A model generated the notes under the pieces. The model was not told where the DNA came from. It saw only the letters and a program-made list of their open reading frames with translations, and searched no databases. From Staphylococcus phage Twort: a stretch of 64,000 nucleotides of DNA. Positions within the stretch are counted from its first letter, which is position 1, and each line of letters starts with the position of its first letter. The stretch lies in sequence record NC_007021.1. The stretch is one strand, 5' to 3'. Positions 41,492 through 51,684 of this stretch are shown one piece after another. The position numbers were made by a program, and so were the translations under genes.

Positions 41492-42719
41492 GTCAGTAGA
41501 AGAAGTTTATGCAATTGTCTTTGGTGTTTTAGCTAAAGACGAAGGTAAAATTGTAAGTAGCAAGTTTAATAAAATTTTAAATGAAATTGGTATTGATAGA
41601 GTTTCAGTTAATGACTTAAAAGATATTTCTGAAATGATTCATGAAGATGATTATTTAAATGGGTTGAAAAATGACGCTATTTTAGGTAAAGTATCCTTAA
41701 AAGACCTAGAAAGCGTAGAAGGTAAAAAAGTATTCAAAGATAATAACTATCTAGATACAGTTTCTACTTATGTAGTAGAGAACGAGAAAAGATTATCTAA
41801 CTTACGTGAATTACGTAAGCACCAAAAAAATGGTGCTTATATGGAAATGCTTATGGAAGGTCTTAAAAAAGATTTAGTTAAGGAACTTAAAAACCCTATT
41901 ATTGAAGACCGAGATATTTTACTAGGACATACTGATAAAGAGCTAGTCTTATTATTATCGGATTTTCATGTAGGATTTACTTCTAGGGATTTAGATAATA
42001 AGTATAACTTTGAGGTTTTAACTAACCGACTAACGAAGTATTTAGATGAAGTTCAGACTATGGTATTAGAGCATGATATTGATGATGTTAGTATTTTCTT
42101 TGTAGGGGACTTAGTAGAGCATATTAATATGCGTGATGTTAACCAAGCATTTGATACAGAATTTACTATGAGTGAACAGATTTCTAAAGGTACTAGATTA
42201 CTAATAGACATTATTAAAAACGTATCTGAAATGGTAGATGGTAAAGTTACTTTTGGTATTGTTGCAGGTAACCATGACAGATTACAAGGTAACAAGAATC
42301 ACAAAATTTATAATGATAGTGTAGCTTATATTGTTCTTGATACTCTTTTATGTATGCAAGAAAATGGTGTTATTAATGATATTGATATTATTGATAATAG
42401 AGAAGATATTTATAAATTCTATCATAAAGTTAATAATACTAATATCTGTGTGACACATGGAGATTCTTTAAAAGGTAAAGGCAAGAATATTAGTAAAGTA
42501 GAAGTTAAGGAAAATATAGATGTATTAGTTACAGGTCATGTACATCACTTTAGTGCAACCCAAGAAGATTTTCATAAAACACATGTAGTAGCTAGCAGTC
42601 CTATTGGATTTAATAATTATTCTAAAGAATTGAATTTATCTAGGACTTCACCTAGTCAGCAAATGCTTCTAGTAGATAGTAGTAAGAACTTAACAATCAA
42701 AACAGTATTCTTAGACTAG
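41484..42719 (+). CDS. calcineurin-like metallophosphoesterase
   Basis: Motifs LLLSDFHVG, FFVGDLVEH, VAGNHD, VTGHVHH. Confidence 0.55.
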   Translation: MYKSVEEVYAIVFGVLAKDEGKIVSSKFNKILNEIGIDRVSVNDLKDISEMIHEDDYLNGLKNDAILGKVSLKDLESVEGKKVFKDNNYLDTVSTYVVENEKRLSNLRELRKHQKNGAYMEMLMEGLKKDLVKELKNPIIEDRDILLGHTDKELVLLLSDFHVGFTSRDLDNKYNFEVLTNRLTKYLDEVQTMVLEHDIDDVSIFFVGDLVEHINMRDVNQAFDTEFTMSEQISKGTRLLIDIIKNVSEMVDGKVTFGIVAGNHDRLQGNKNHKIYNDSVAYIVLDTLLCMQENGVINDIDIIDNREDIYKFYHKVNNTNICVTHGDSLKGKGKNISKVEVKENIDVLVTGHVHHFSATQEDFHKTHVVASSPIGFNNYSKELNLSRTSPSQQMLLVDSSKNLTIKTVFLD

Positions 42720-42728
42720 GAGGATTTT

Positions 42729-43094
42729 ATGAGTAATTTATTAATTATTTGTATCGTATACGCAGTAATTGTGACTATTAATGTAGTTACTAAGGTTTTA
42801 GAAATTTGGAGTTTTGAGAAGCGTAGTGTTGCTATGGGTAAAAGCCCATTTAGTAACTTTATTTACTACTACGAAATCATTCCTTATACAGTAGGATTAA
42901 TTACCCTTGTAGTAATTTCCTATTTTAGCTACATGTTACCTAACCCAAATACAGTAGGTCACATTATTGTATTTACAGGATTAGTTGCTTTCTTTTACTT
43001 CTTATCAGGAATTATTACTGTATTTATTATATCAGTAGTAGAGGCAAATATTGTACGTAAAAGAACTAAGGAAAACGAGAGTCAAGACGAATAG
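42729..43094 (+). CDS. small integral membrane protein (3-4 TM)
   Basis: Hydrophobic segments throughout 121 aa. Confidence 0.45.
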   Translation: MSNLLIICIVYAVIVTINVVTKVLEIWSFEKRSVAMGKSPFSNFIYYYEIIPYTVGLITLVVISYFSYMLPNPNTVGHIIVFTGLVAFFYFLSGIITVFIISVVEANIVRKRTKENESQDE

Positions 43095-43110
43095 GTCTTG
43101 ACTTTTTTTA
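43082..43110 (+). terminator. rho-independent terminator
   Basis: TCAAGAC-gaatag-GTCTTGA followed by CTTTTTTT. Confidence 0.6.
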
Positions 43111-43146
43111 TTATGTATGATAAATTAATAAAGAGGTGGTAAAAAA

Positions 43147-43683
43147 ATGGACTTTTCATTTACAAGTTTTGAAGATGAACGAATTGCAATGCGTATATCT
43201 GAAGGTATTTATTATTTTAAGGAAGAGCCTATCTATTGGATAGAGCATATTGAAGAAAATTCAGATGAGTATGTTTTTGTATACGCTATACAAGATAAAA
43301 AAGAAGAAAAGCCACAAAAGGCTTATAAGGTAGAGGAAGTAACTAAGACATTAAAAGGTGGGACATACCTTAGTAATAGGATTAAAAGCCTTATACCTGT
43401 TAAAAAGCAATATAAAAAAGTATACAAAGAGCCTTTGTTTGTTGCTAACATTATTCCTAGTGGTATTGGTATAGATACTATTACTGGAAGAAGTGGTAAA
43501 GGATTCTTTGAAAGACAACGTGAAGAACGTATCACTACATCTAAAGGTGTTACTGTAAAAGGTGGAGATTATACAGGGGTGTTTATTACATTAGAAAATA
43601 TTAAATGGAATCGGTCTTACACACCCTTAGAAAGTGTTGTAGAATATTATAAACAAACTAAAGAAGGTAGAATTAATGTCTGA
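43147..43683 (+). CDS. hypothetical protein
   Basis: 178-aa ORF with AGAGGTGG RBS. Confidence 0.4.
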   Translation: MDFSFTSFEDERIAMRISEGIYYFKEEPIYWIEHIEENSDEYVFVYAIQDKKEEKPQKAYKVEEVTKTLKGGTYLSNRIKSLIPVKKQYKKVYKEPLFVANIIPSGIGIDTITGRSGKGFFERQREERITTSKGVTVKGGDYTGVFITLENIKWNRSYTPLESVVEYYKQTKEGRINV

Positions 43684-44422
43684 AATGTTTTATGAGCAAG
43701 ATATTAAAGATTTAATTAGGACTAAAAAACATTTATTTCATAAGGATGAGATAACAAGTAATATAGATGATATTAAAATATTTAATGAAAAGGTAATTTG
43801 TCAAGGAAAGTGTAGAACCGATTGTTTAGTACTAGACCGTAACGGTACTGTTATGGGAATAGAAATAAAAACTGAGAGGGATTCTACACAAAGATTAAAT
43901 AAACAGCTTTACTATTATAGCTTAGTATGTAAATATGTTTATGTATTTTGTCATGATAAACATGTCCCTAAGGTAGAAAAAATACTAAAAGAACATAAAC
44001 ATGACCACGTAGGTATTATAAGTTACATTAATTTCAGAGGTAAACCTACAGTAGGTAAATATAAACAAGCAACACCCTCACCTTTCAGAAGTCCTTACCA
44101 TACTTTAAATATTCTATGGAAGTACTCTTTACTAACTATGCTAAGAATCATACGAGACTATACAAAGTACTACAACAAGAAAGTTACATTCAATAAGAAT
44201 GGTCACCAAAATGAATTAGCAACAAAAAGCACACAATCTTATAGAATGAAAAAACCTGCTATTATAAACCAAATTATTGGTTTTATAGGGGTAGAAAAAA
44301 CTTACCAGTTATTCTGTAGAGTTGTTATTTATGGTTATTCAGATAGATGGAAATTGATAGATGAGACATTTTTTGATGTAGTTAAGAATGGGGTGATTGG
44401 TATTTATGAAGAAGAAAGATAA
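43676..44422 (+). CDS. hypothetical protein, possible PD-(D/E)xK nuclease fold
   Basis: DCLVLD...MGIEIKTERD fits a D...(D/E)xK arrangement. Weak. Confidence 0.3.
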   Translation: MSEMFYEQDIKDLIRTKKHLFHKDEITSNIDDIKIFNEKVICQGKCRTDCLVLDRNGTVMGIEIKTERDSTQRLNKQLYYYSLVCKYVYVFCHDKHVPKVEKILKEHKHDHVGIISYINFRGKPTVGKYKQATPSPFRSPYHTLNILWKYSLLTMLRIIRDYTKYYNKKVTFNKNGHQNELATKSTQSYRMKKPAIINQIIGFIGVEKTYQLFCRVVIYGYSDRWKLIDETFFDVVKNGVIGIYEEER

Positions 44423-44825
44423 ACCAAAAAGAATATGGCACCAACCAGTAAACTTTGCGCCTACAAATAACTTAGCGGGTGCAAACCCTACATTTTTCCC
44501 TAAAAAAGGGCAACAACCTAAGGAATCTAAGGGATATGAGTATCGTATACAATTTATAAAGAGGTTTGACAATGTAACGAATACTGATGTTAGTATGCAA
44601 AAGAAGTATATGTTAAATCTTATTAGTAGGGACTTGAATTTACCTGAAAAATATATTACACTAACACAAAAAGGTAAGAAAAAAGAAGATATTTTACATA
44701 CAAATAGAATATATTACGTTTATAGGTCTAAAAAACTTATAGGTAAGTGTGCTATACAAGAACAAAGAACGTTTACAACGACAAACTTATTGTTTATTTT
44801 TAAATTAAGGAAAAGGAAGAGGTAA
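44406..44825 (+). CDS. hypothetical basic protein
   Basis: 139 aa from the ATG at 44406. Lys-rich. Confidence 0.35.
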   Translation: MKKKDKPKRIWHQPVNFAPTNNLAGANPTFFPKKGQQPKESKGYEYRIQFIKRFDNVTNTDVSMQKKYMLNLISRDLNLPEKYITLTQKGKKKEDILHTNRIYYVYRSKKLIGKCAIQEQRTFTTTNLLFIFKLRKRKR

Positions 44826-44826
44826 T

Positions 44827-45633
44827 ATGGAGATTATTAATAAAGAAACAACTATTAGTGTAAAAACATTATTAAAGAAATTAAAGAAAGAACCTACTAT
44901 TGTAGGGGTAGGTTATGGTTCTGAGTTATTTCCCTACCAACTATTAACGGAGCCTTATGTAGAGATAGAGGAATCGGAAGATGGTTTTCTTAAGATTTAT
45001 AATAAAGTATTTGTTCCTCATTTTAGAGTAACAGACTTTAATAATTTTAGTATTGTCCTAGAAAGTGCTATGCTAGGTTACACTACTAAGTTACAAGAAC
45101 CTAGTAAGAATACTTTTGATATTATGACTACGTATAAGGAAGATAAGACTGTACAAGAGTATGCTGTTTCTAGCGTATTTGAAGAACCCACTATCACTAA
45201 ATCTTCTTTTACTATTAATAAAAAAAGATTTACTATATATAAGATTACAGAAACACAAATTACGTCTTTAGACTTTAAAGATTTTACACATACAATGTAC
45301 TTAGTAACTACCGAAGAACAGAATTTTGAGGTGTCTAAGTTACTTAAAGGTAGGTTAAGTAAAACAGAAACACATCATTTACTAAACTTATTCTCAGGTA
45401 CTAAGGTATTACCTGAAACAGTTATTGCTGTATCTTCTTCAAGAAGTAATGTAAGTTTTGATATGTACGAACCTAATGGGTTTATTCTTATTTTCAAAGC
45501 TAACATTTATGAATTAGGTTCTAAAAACCATAATATTTCCTTCCATAAAGACCTTATTAAAGGTAGTACTTTAGAAGATAATAGTCTTACATTACACATT
45601 AAAAATAAACATGATTTACAATTATTTTGGTAA
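44827..45633 (+). CDS. hypothetical protein
   Basis: 268-aa ORF with AAGGAAGAGG RBS. Confidence 0.4.
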   Translation: MEIINKETTISVKTLLKKLKKEPTIVGVGYGSELFPYQLLTEPYVEIEESEDGFLKIYNKVFVPHFRVTDFNNFSIVLESAMLGYTTKLQEPSKNTFDIMTTYKEDKTVQEYAVSSVFEEPTITKSSFTINKKRFTIYKITETQITSLDFKDFTHTMYLVTTEEQNFEVSKLLKGRLSKTETHHLLNLFSGTKVLPETVIAVSSSRSNVSFDMYEPNGFILIFKANIYELGSKNHNISFHKDLIKGSTLEDNSLTLHIKNKHDLQLFW

Positions 45634-45778
45634 TAATTAATAATATTAGTGTTATTCTATAATTTTTACTTACAACAAAGTAGTTACTAAAATTAAAGGT
45701 GAGTCAAAGATTATAAAAATGCAAGAATAAAATAATGAAAAATATTTTCGAAATCCTACTTTATTTTGAAAATAATTA

Positions 45779-45828
45779 CCATAGAAATTTACTACTAGAT
45801 AGTTACAAGTTTATTTCTATGGTTTTTT
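45779..45828 (+). promoter_or_regulatory. 10-bp perfect inverted repeat CCATAGAAAT...ATTTCTATGG plus TTTTTT in a 340-nt AT-rich non-coding region
   Basis: Sequence inspection. Could be a terminator or a protein-binding site. Confidence 0.4.
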
Positions 45829-45971
45829 AAAAATAAAATTTTGGGAAAATAGTGATATATTAAGTATGAAATACCTCTTAAAACCTTATTCTAAAAGGGT
45901 TATAGTAGTTTACTATAAAGTGTTTCATCATTAGTTTAATTTATTATATTAATAAAGGAAGATACATAAAT

Positions 45972-46700
45972 ATGGCTAGAAAAAAGATGAGAAATAAAAA
46001 TGATAAGAATCTTAAAGTTGTACCAGAGAAAAAGAGTATATTAGTAGAACTTTACGAAAATAAGTTATTACGTACTAAGGTAGATAATGCAATTGATGAA
46101 GACTTAGGTTATGATTATATTATAGAACTATGTAAAGAATATGGATTAGAATTATCTAAATCTGCTATTAGTCGTTATAAAACAAAACGTAGAGAAGCTA
46201 TACAAAATGGTTGGGATTTAGGAGAATATATTGATGGTAGAAAGAAAAATAATGTTTCTTCCATTGAAGACAAAGAAGTAGATGTAGCTAGTAAAGTAGA
46301 CCCAACACATCCTTTCGAAGTAGCTAAGAAAAAAACGCAAGACATTTATGATGACATTGAAGTACTTGATAGCATTATTCAAGCAGGTGCTTTAGGATTA
46401 CAATATGTAGACACCGTAGACCCTGCACTTGCATTAAAAGCAATGGAAACTAAGCATAAGATTACAGGTGGACAACTACAAGGAATGAGTTTAGTTGGTA
46501 TGCGTGAGTTGCTAGTTAAACAAAATGCTAGGGATACAGCAATTACACAAGTAATCTTAGAATATATTCCAGAAGAAAAACATGAAGAAGTCATGGAACG
46601 TTTAGAAGAAACTGAAAAAGAGTTCTATGAAAACTTAGACCTGGATGAAGAAGATATGAGATTAAAACAAGCGTTAGATAGAGTAGGTTACTCTATTTAG
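45972..46700 (+). CDS. hypothetical DNA-binding protein (possible terminase small subunit-like)
   Basis: 242 aa. Basic N-terminus and HTH-like ELCKEYGLELSKSAISRYK. Function uncertain. Confidence 0.3.
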   Translation: MARKKMRNKNDKNLKVVPEKKSILVELYENKLLRTKVDNAIDEDLGYDYIIELCKEYGLELSKSAISRYKTKRREAIQNGWDLGEYIDGRKKNNVSSIEDKEVDVASKVDPTHPFEVAKKKTQDIYDDIEVLDSIIQAGALGLQYVDTVDPALALKAMETKHKITGGQLQGMSLVGMRELLVKQNARDTAITQVILEYIPEEKHEEVMERLEETEKEFYENLDLDEEDMRLKQALDRVGYSI

Positions 46701-46715
46701 AATAGGAGAAGTTAT

Positions 46716-47180
46716 ATGGTAGAAGAAATCGTATTTAAACAGTTAGAAGAGGCAAAGCCTATTAAAGACCTTGGGACAATTATCAGGTACTTAGAAGAAG
46801 GTAAAGTACTACTTGTTAGACAAGAAAATCAAGGTGACATTATTGTAAAGTTAACGGACAATAGTACAAATGGTCATAAGATGACTTATATTAGTAGAGA
46901 CATTAAAGAAGAATCTAGTTATTATAAAAGACATTGGGCTCCATTCGACATTAGTATTAATGCATTCCTTGCTTTTGATGTTTACTTAGCTGAGGATGTG
47001 AATAAGTATAATTATAATAATAAATTTAATATTAAGGATATTGTTGAGTTTGTAGCAGGAGACAATAATGACATTGCTTATATACATGATGTGTATACTG
47101 ATGGTACTAAGTTTATGTACAGTTTAACTGGAGAAGAAAGATTATTTGAAGAGTCAGAATTACGTAAAATTAATCGTTGA
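46716..47180 (+). CDS. hypothetical protein
   Basis: 154-aa ORF. Confidence 0.4.
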   Translation: MVEEIVFKQLEEAKPIKDLGTIIRYLEEGKVLLVRQENQGDIIVKLTDNSTNGHKMTYISRDIKEESSYYKRHWAPFDISINAFLAFDVYLAEDVNKYNYNNKFNIKDIVEFVAGDNNDIAYIHDVYTDGTKFMYSLTGEERLFEESELRKINR

Positions 47181-47237
47181 CATAAGTAAAAAGTTATGAT
47201 AAAGTATATGTATACTTATTAAAGGAGAGATAGTATT

Positions 47238-47669
47238 ATGATTATTTACTTAAACAATGAGGAAAAGAATTTAGTAAAGGAAAATAAATATACACCATTA
47301 GAAAGTAAGTTTAAAACGAAAAAAGAAAAAGACATTGTAGAAATGTATCGTAAAGGTCATCCAGTTAATGACATTTGTAATGTACATAACATTAGTATGG
47401 GTATGTTATATACTGTTGTTAATAACCATAAACTAGGTAAACGTAATGTTACTAAAGGATTATTAAGTAAAATTAAACATATACTGAATAATAAAAATAA
47501 ACTAGAGAACTTGATTAATGATTATGGTAAATTAACGAATAAGGAAATCTATAGTAAGTATCAAATTCATAAGAATGGTTTGTATTATATCTTAGACTTG
47601 TATAACATTGAAAGAAAACAAGACACTAAAGATGAGGTATTATCAGATAACATTGTAATTGAAGAATAG
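47238..47669 (+). CDS. hypothetical HTH-containing protein
   Basis: DIVEMYRKGHPVNDICNVHNISMGMLYTVV is a sigma-r4/resolvase-like HTH. Confidence 0.35.
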   Translation: MIIYLNNEEKNLVKENKYTPLESKFKTKKEKDIVEMYRKGHPVNDICNVHNISMGMLYTVVNNHKLGKRNVTKGLLSKIKHILNNKNKLENLINDYGKLTNKEIYSKYQIHKNGLYYILDLYNIERKQDTKDEVLSDNIVIEE

Positions 47670-47678
47670 GGTGATAAT

Positions 47679-48353
47679 ATGAGTTACCAAGAAAGATTAA
47701 AAGAGATTAGGAAACAAAGTGATACACATAAAGAAATTAATAATAGTAAGAAGAAATATACAATGGATGAGTTAGAGCTATCTTTATTTGATAGGGATAG
47801 TGATGTTATTAAACCATTTACAAGTATTAGTAAAGATGATGAGATTAGCAGTAATGACTTATTTATTGCAACCCTACCTAATAATATTGTCCTTGCTGAT
47901 GGAACTACTTTAGAAAAAGGTCAGTATATTGGTAATAGTATGGGTAAATTATCAGACCTTGAAGATATGGAAGATTCGGGTATATCTTCTAAAACCCTCT
48001 ATGAAAATGGCCATAGAATTAACTTACTTGCTGTTGTTAATAATCCTAAGGCAGTATACACTCAAAAAGATTTAGTTGTGGATATTAAAGATGGCGTAGA
48101 AGTTAGAGACGTAACAACTAAAAGCTCTTCTGTAATTTCTAAACAAAAAATAGATTATATATCTCTTGTAGATGAATCTTACTTCGATAACCTTATAGAT
48201 GATGTTCTTAAAGATTACAATAACTTATCTAATCCTAATACCTTGCTTAAAAGATATATTAAAAACAAAGAAATGTTAGGTGAAGGTAAAAAAATGATTT
48301 ATTGTTCATTGCTAGATAAAGAAGTATTGGTTGTAGGTGGGAAAGATGAGTAG
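47679..48353 (+). CDS. hypothetical protein
   Basis: 224-aa ORF. Confidence 0.4.
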   Translation: MSYQERLKEIRKQSDTHKEINNSKKKYTMDELELSLFDRDSDVIKPFTSISKDDEISSNDLFIATLPNNIVLADGTTLEKGQYIGNSMGKLSDLEDMEDSGISSKTLYENGHRINLLAVVNNPKAVYTQKDLVVDIKDGVEVRDVTTKSSSVISKQKIDYISLVDESYFDNLIDDVLKDYNNLSNPNTLLKRYIKNKEMLGEGKKMIYCSLLDKEVLVVGGKDE

Positions 48354-48741
48354 TAAGAAATGGCTATTTTATGTATTACTTTTTGCTGTTCTATTAAGCG
48401 CTGTATTTGCATATTCTTGGACTTCTATTTACTATGAGAAAAATGCGTATGATTCAGGTGTAGTCCAAGACAGTGAAAGTAATAATACTAAAAATAATGG
48501 AGATATAGAATATGTTACAACAGTAACATTAAAAAAGGATACAGATAAGAAAGCTACATTTATGGATGAGTTACCAAACTTTTTACCTGGAAGAACGGAT
48601 GGTAAAACTATAGATAAAAGTTTTTACAAATCTAGTGACTTTCGTGAAGGTGAGAGATTTAAATTATATAGAATTTACACAAGAGATAATAATGGTGAGG
48701 TAACACATAAGTATCGTTTTGAAAAGGAAGTAGATAATTAG
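48337..48741 (+). CDS. membrane-anchored hypothetical protein (N-terminal TM)
   Basis: Single hydrophobic helix near the N-terminus. Confidence 0.4.
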   Translation: MGKMSSKKWLFYVLLFAVLLSAVFAYSWTSIYYEKNAYDSGVVQDSESNNTKNNGDIEYVTTVTLKKDTDKKATFMDELPNFLPGRTDGKTIDKSFYKSSDFREGERFKLYRIYTRDNNGEVTHKYRFEKEVDN

Positions 48742-48828
48742 TGGCTCCTTTAACTATATCAATTATTATAGGTATTTGTATTATATATTATTTATTTGAG
48801 AAAGATTAGGTTAAGTGGAAGTTTTCCC

Positions 48829-48856
48829 TTGACCTTTTTTTATTTATCTGTATAAT
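48829..48856 (+). promoter_or_regulatory. promoter TTGACC-16-TGTATAAT
   Basis: TTGACC at 48829-48834, TATAAT at 48851-48856. Confidence 0.5.
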
Positions 48857-48873
48857 ATTAATTAGGAGGGATT

Positions 48874-49116
48874 TTGATGATGAATTTAAAAATATTTTAT
48901 GAAGAGGTTAAACAATTAGAAAATAGAAAGATTGCCAAGGAGCAGGTATTACTAGAATCAATGAAAACATTTAGTAAGTTAAGAGGAACTTTAACAAATA
49001 GTCAATTAAGTCTTGACATTCTTTTAAATTATGGTATAGTTGAATATATCAAATATAAAAGGTATTTAGGAAGATTACAAAATTGTGTAGTAAAAGCATA
49101 TAAGGAGGAGTATTAA
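48874..49116 (+). CDS. hypothetical protein
   Basis: 80-aa ORF with AGGAGGGA RBS. Confidence 0.4.
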   Translation: MMMNLKIFYEEVKQLENRKIAKEQVLLESMKTFSKLRGTLTNSQLSLDILLNYGIVEYIKYKRYLGRLQNCVVKAYKEEY

Positions 49117-49340
49117 TGTTATTTTTTAAAGAAAAGTTTTATAATGAATTAAGTTATTATAGAGGTGGACACAAGGATTTAGAAAGTATGTTTGAGTTAG
49201 CGTTAGAGTATATTGAGAAATTAGAAGAAGAAGATGAACAGCAGGTAACTGATTATGAGAACGCTATGGAAGAAGAATTAAGGGATGCTGTTGATGTAAT
49301 TGAGAGTCAGTTAGAAATTATTAAGGATATAGTTCGATGA
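49116..49340 (+). CDS. hypothetical acidic protein
   Basis: 74-aa ORF. Confidence 0.4.
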   Translation: MLFFKEKFYNELSYYRGGHKDLESMFELALEYIEKLEEEDEQQVTDYENAMEEELRDAVDVIESQLEIIKDIVR

Positions 49341-49497
49341 GTGGGTTTAATGATTTTCTTAAACAAGAATCTAAAAGGGTTAATAAACCACTCAAGAAAC
49401 AGAGAAAGAAGAAAGAAACACCTATAGAAGAAGTGCAAGAAAAGTTAGCTAAAATAAGAAGTAAATCAAAGTATATGGATTTAGGTAGGAGATATAA

Positions 49498-49704
49498 ATG
49501 AAAACCTATACATGCAATAGGGTATCGGCTAGTGTTGAAGAACTTAAACAGTACAAAGATTTCAGGTTATTATTCGGGTTTGATGATGTTGTATTATATT
49601 TACTTAGTGAGCAAGATGAAGCAAAAACATTTAAAATGGAAAAGAAAGAATTAGAAAAAATAGAAAAGAAATATAGTAATGAACCTTTCTTTTCTTACTT
49701 ATAG
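49498..49704 (+). CDS. hypothetical protein
   Basis: 68-aa ORF. Confidence 0.35.
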   Translation: MKTYTCNRVSASVEELKQYKDFRLLFGFDDVVLYLLSEQDEAKTFKMEKKELEKIEKKYSNEPFFSYL

Positions 49705-49800
49705 GAGGGTATTGTAACAGGTAGTAATAATTTATAAAAACTTATAAATTTATTTGCATTTTTGGATAAAGTATGCTATGTTATATTTAGAGGTGATAAT

Positions 49801-49881
49801 ATGGCATATATGTCTATAGGAAAATTTAGTAAAGAGATAGGTGTTACACTCAAACATTACGTAATTGGCAGGGTGAATTAA
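49801..49881 (+). pseudogene. truncated IS607-type tnpA remnant (MerR-like HTH only)
   Basis: MAYMSIGKFSKEIGVTLKHY... resembles the N-terminal HTH of IS607-family serine-recombinase TnpA (SIxExAKxxGVxxxTLRRW). A second frame continues TLRNWQGEL, then stops. No catalytic domain. Confidence 0.4.
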
Positions 49882-49884
49882 CTA

Positions 49885-50994
49885 ATGATAACGAAAAAAG
49901 TTAGACTTAAACCTACTAAACAACAGGAGTTAAAATTACGTAAATCAGCAGATATAGCACGATTTATATATAATTGGACTTTAGCAAAACAACAAGAAAA
50001 TTATAAACAAGGCAATAAATTTATACAAGATTCTGTGTTAAGAAAAGAAATAACACAATTAAAGAAAACTGAAGAGTTTAGATGGTTAAATGAAGTAAGT
50101 AATAATATTCCTAAGCAAGCAGTTAAAGATGCTTGTAATGCTTACAAAAGATTTTTTAAAAAACAATCTGGTTTTCCTAAATTTAAATCTAAAAAGAAAA
50201 CAAGACCTAGTTTCTATAATGATACACAAAAACTAAAAGTAAAAGAAAAATCAGTATTATTAGAAAAAGTGGGTTGGGTTAGAACATCTGAACAATTACC
50301 TGTAGGTACTAAGTACTACAATCCTAGAATCACTTTTGATGGTAAATATTGGTATATAAGTGTTTCTATTGAAGAAGAAAATAAATATGAAGAACTAACA
50401 AACGAATCTTTAGGTATTGATTTAGGAATAAAAGAATTAGCCGTATGCTCTGATGGAAGTATTTATGAAAATATTAACAAAACAATAAGAGTTAAAAAAC
50501 TAGAAAAACGATTACGTAGATTGCAACGTAAGGTATCTCGTAAATACCAAAATAATAAAGAAGGGAGTACCTTTGTCAAAACTTGCAATATTATAAAACT
50601 TGAAAAACAAATTAAACTCTTACAACGAAGATTGTCTAACATTCGTAAAAACTATTTACATCAAACAACAACTTCTATAGTGAAAACCAAACCTAGAAGA
50701 ATTGTTATAGAAGATTTGAATGTAAGTGGTATGATGAAGAATAGACACTTAGCTAAAGCAATACAAAAACAAGGATTCTATGAGTTCCGTAAACAACTAG
50801 AATATAAGTGTGGAAGAAAAGGTATAGAACTTGTTATTGCAGATAGATTCTTTCCTTCTAGTAAAACATGCTCTAATTGTGGTAACATCCACAAAAACTT
50901 AAAACTATCAGATAGAATATTTAAGTGTGACTGTGGTTTTAGTATTGATAGAGACCTTAATGCTAGTATTAATTTAGCTAATTATAATATTTAG
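49885..50994 (+). CDS. tnpB: TnpB (IS200/IS605-IS607 family OrfB, RuvC-like with C-terminal zinc finger)
   Basis: C-terminal SKTCSNCGNIHKNLKLSDRIFKCDCGFSIDRDLNASINL, typical TnpB CxxC...CxxC plus the RuvC-III motif DxNA(A/S)xNI. The N-terminus MITKKVRLKPTKQQ is typical. Confidence 0.8.
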   Translation: MITKKVRLKPTKQQELKLRKSADIARFIYNWTLAKQQENYKQGNKFIQDSVLRKEITQLKKTEEFRWLNEVSNNIPKQAVKDACNAYKRFFKKQSGFPKFKSKKKTRPSFYNDTQKLKVKEKSVLLEKVGWVRTSEQLPVGTKYYNPRITFDGKYWYISVSIEEENKYEELTNESLGIDLGIKELAVCSDGSIYENINKTIRVKKLEKRLRRLQRKVSRKYQNNKEGSTFVKTCNIIKLEKQIKLLQRRLSNIRKNYLHQTTTSIVKTKPRRIVIEDLNVSGMMKNRHLAKAIQKQGFYEFRKQLEYKCGRKGIELVIADRFFPSSKTCSNCGNIHKNLKLSDRIFKCDCGFSIDRDLNASINLANYNI

Positions 50995-51171
50995 ATTATC
51001 ACTAATAAGATACTAAATATATGTACCATTCGTTGTATGGGAATTTAAGCCTTTGGAGTATCATACAAACTTGAGTAGAGTAAATGAATATAGTAATTTA
51101 CTCAAAAGGGGATACGTTGAAAAAGGAATATAATTTATAAAGTTTTATAAATTTTTGACAACGGGAATCAT

Positions 51172-51372
51172 ATGTTAACTATTCTAGTACTCATTTGGGT
51201 ATTACTATTTTTAACTGTTTTATTTAATATTAAAGTAGGGAATATTTTTATTCTAGGTGATTATGTAGAATTTAAAGACAAATTTGTGGCAGTATCGTTC
51301 TTATTATTTTTATTGCTGTCTATGTTAATTGGTTTAATAATTATTCTTAAAGGAGTGTATGGACAATGGTAA
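51172..51372 (+). CDS. small membrane protein (2 TM)
   Basis: 66 aa, two hydrophobic helices. Confidence 0.4.
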   Translation: MLTILVLIWVLLFLTVLFNIKVGNIFILGDYVEFKDKFVAVSFLLFLLLSMLIGLIIILKGVYGQW

Positions 51373-51644
51373 AAGGAAACATTAAAGAACTTTTAAATTG
51401 TATTTGTGGTTGTGTAGATTCATTTATGGATGAAGGTAAAAGTTATGTAGTGTATTCAGACAAAAAAGTATTTGTTAAGTATAAAGGTGTTGTTATTGCA
51501 AGTATTGAAGATGATGTTGTTCATAGTAATGTATACCAACTTAAGACTGGTACTATAGAAAAACAAACCTTATATACTTTAGTTAAAGCACTTCAGTATT
51601 TAGTTAGTCTGGAGTATAGAGAACGAGAAGATATAAATATTTAA
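51366..51644 (+). CDS. hypothetical protein
   Basis: 92-aa ORF. Confidence 0.4.
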   Translation: MVKGNIKELLNCICGCVDSFMDEGKSYVVYSDKKVFVKYKGVVIASIEDDVVHSNVYQLKTGTIEKQTLYTLVKALQYLVSLEYREREDINI

Positions 51645-51653
51645 AAAAGTTTA

Positions 51654-51684
51654 GGGAATCTGTTGACATTCAGATTCCCTTTTG
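51654..51684 (+). terminator. terminator hairpin GGGAATCTG-ttgacatt-CAGATTCCC followed by TTTT, with a promoter -35 in the loop
   Basis: Sequence inspection. Confidence 0.6.
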
